Positions 63,412-64,000 of a stretch of DNA of 64,000 nucleotides are shown here, piece after piece; position 1 is the stretch's first letter; each line of letters opens with the position of its first letter. The notes under the pieces were generated by a model. It was not told where the DNA came from and ran no database searches. It saw nothing but the letters and a program-made list of their open reading frames with translations. The stretch is from Paraphysomonas bandaiensis (Eukaryota > Protista > Chrysophyceae). The stretch covers positions 310,001 through 374,000 of the forward strand of contig CBFFRP010000432.1 in assembly GCA_965644295.1 (NCBI GenBank), read 5' to 3'. The translations under genes were made by a program, and so were the position numbers.

Positions 63412-64000
63412 ATGATTGAAAAATGGCTGGCTAAGTTGAAGAATGGAGAGTGTATTCCAGAGCTGGAGCTGAAGAGACTGTGCTGCATGGTAAGATACGG
63501 TCAGAGGAATGGCTCTCTGTGTGTGCTGATAGTGGGTTCAGGTGAAGGAGTTGTTAATGGAGGAGGCGAATGTACAGCCAGTGTCTTCGCCTGTTACGGT
63601 ATTATGAGGGCACTATAGTGACTGTGTTGACAGCTATGCGCAGGTGTGTGGCGATATTCACGGTCAGTTCTATGACTTATTGGAGCTATTGAAAACGGGC
63701 GGCGAAGTCCCTGATACGAATTATATCTTTATGGTGAGATATTTATATCGAGTGTAAGATGCATCGAATCTAATTTTAGTGTATGGTAGGGTGATTTTGT
63801 TGATCGTGGGCATAATAGTGTTGAAACATTCCAGTTGTTATTGTGTCTTAAAGCCAGGTTAGTATATATTGTTGTGTTGGTAGTATGGCAATTGACTTGT
63901 ACAAATAGATATCCCGCGAGTATAACATTACTTCGAGGAAACCATGAATCCAGACAGATTACACAAGTGTATGGTTTTTATGAAGAATGCTTACGTAAAT
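63412..64000 (+). CDS. PPP6C: Second, inverted PP6 catalytic subunit copy (5' part, truncated by the window end)
   Basis: Same exons and introns as the 61517-62824 gene on the opposite strand. Confidence 0.8.

Larger units (their letters stand above)
62236..64000. repeat. Large inverted repeat: 62236-62943 versus 63293-64000 (runs off the window), 349-bp spacer
   Basis: The arms are exact reverse complements over 708 bp apart from 2 substitutions (62807/63429 and 62705/63531). No indels. Confidence 0.97.

Noticed and set aside
38028-64000. Functional TOR-PP6-LCM-phosphate transporter gene cluster
   Set aside because: The genes are interleaved with unrelated ones (Sel1, Omp85-like, LSm, LRR). 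Without synteny data, chance proximity is sufficient.
1-64000. tRNA or rRNA genes
   Set aside because: No cloverleaf or rRNA-like sequence recognised by eye. A tRNAscan/Infernal run would be needed to exclude them.

Overview
Eukaryotic, intron-rich genomic DNA in the standard genetic code. The introns I traced are GT-AG and mostly about 43-80 nt. The source is a flagellated protist (IFT74) that is probably a bacterivorous stramenopile; this assignment is inferred, not proven. About 17 protein genes plus one partial duplicate can be modelled by hand: a TBL/PC-esterase, a CTD small phosphatase, IFT74, a PHD-IQ-C2-PH protein, a DUF1769-PH-DUF547 protein, GET4, a small membrane protein, a PG-binding/GH25 lysozyme, a sulfotransferase-like protein, an LCM-methyltransferase/GNAT fusion, TOR, a Sel1-repeat protein, a divergent Omp85-like protein, an LSm protein, an LRR protein, a PHO4/PiT transporter and PP6. 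The most unusual structures are: (i) a 2.2-kb homogeneous 50-bp array built as A-(B-A)44, whose B block also occurs alone 1.9 kb away; (ii) a head-to-head inverted duplication of PP6 around a (TACA)n tract; and (iii) several smaller fold-back or MITE-like inverted repeats. Notable proteins include a secreted double-PGBD GH25 lysozyme, the LCM-GNAT fusion, TOR with an altered rapamycin-binding FRB domain, and PP6 ending in YFM instead of YFL. Exon boundaries and family assignments were made by eye without database searches.
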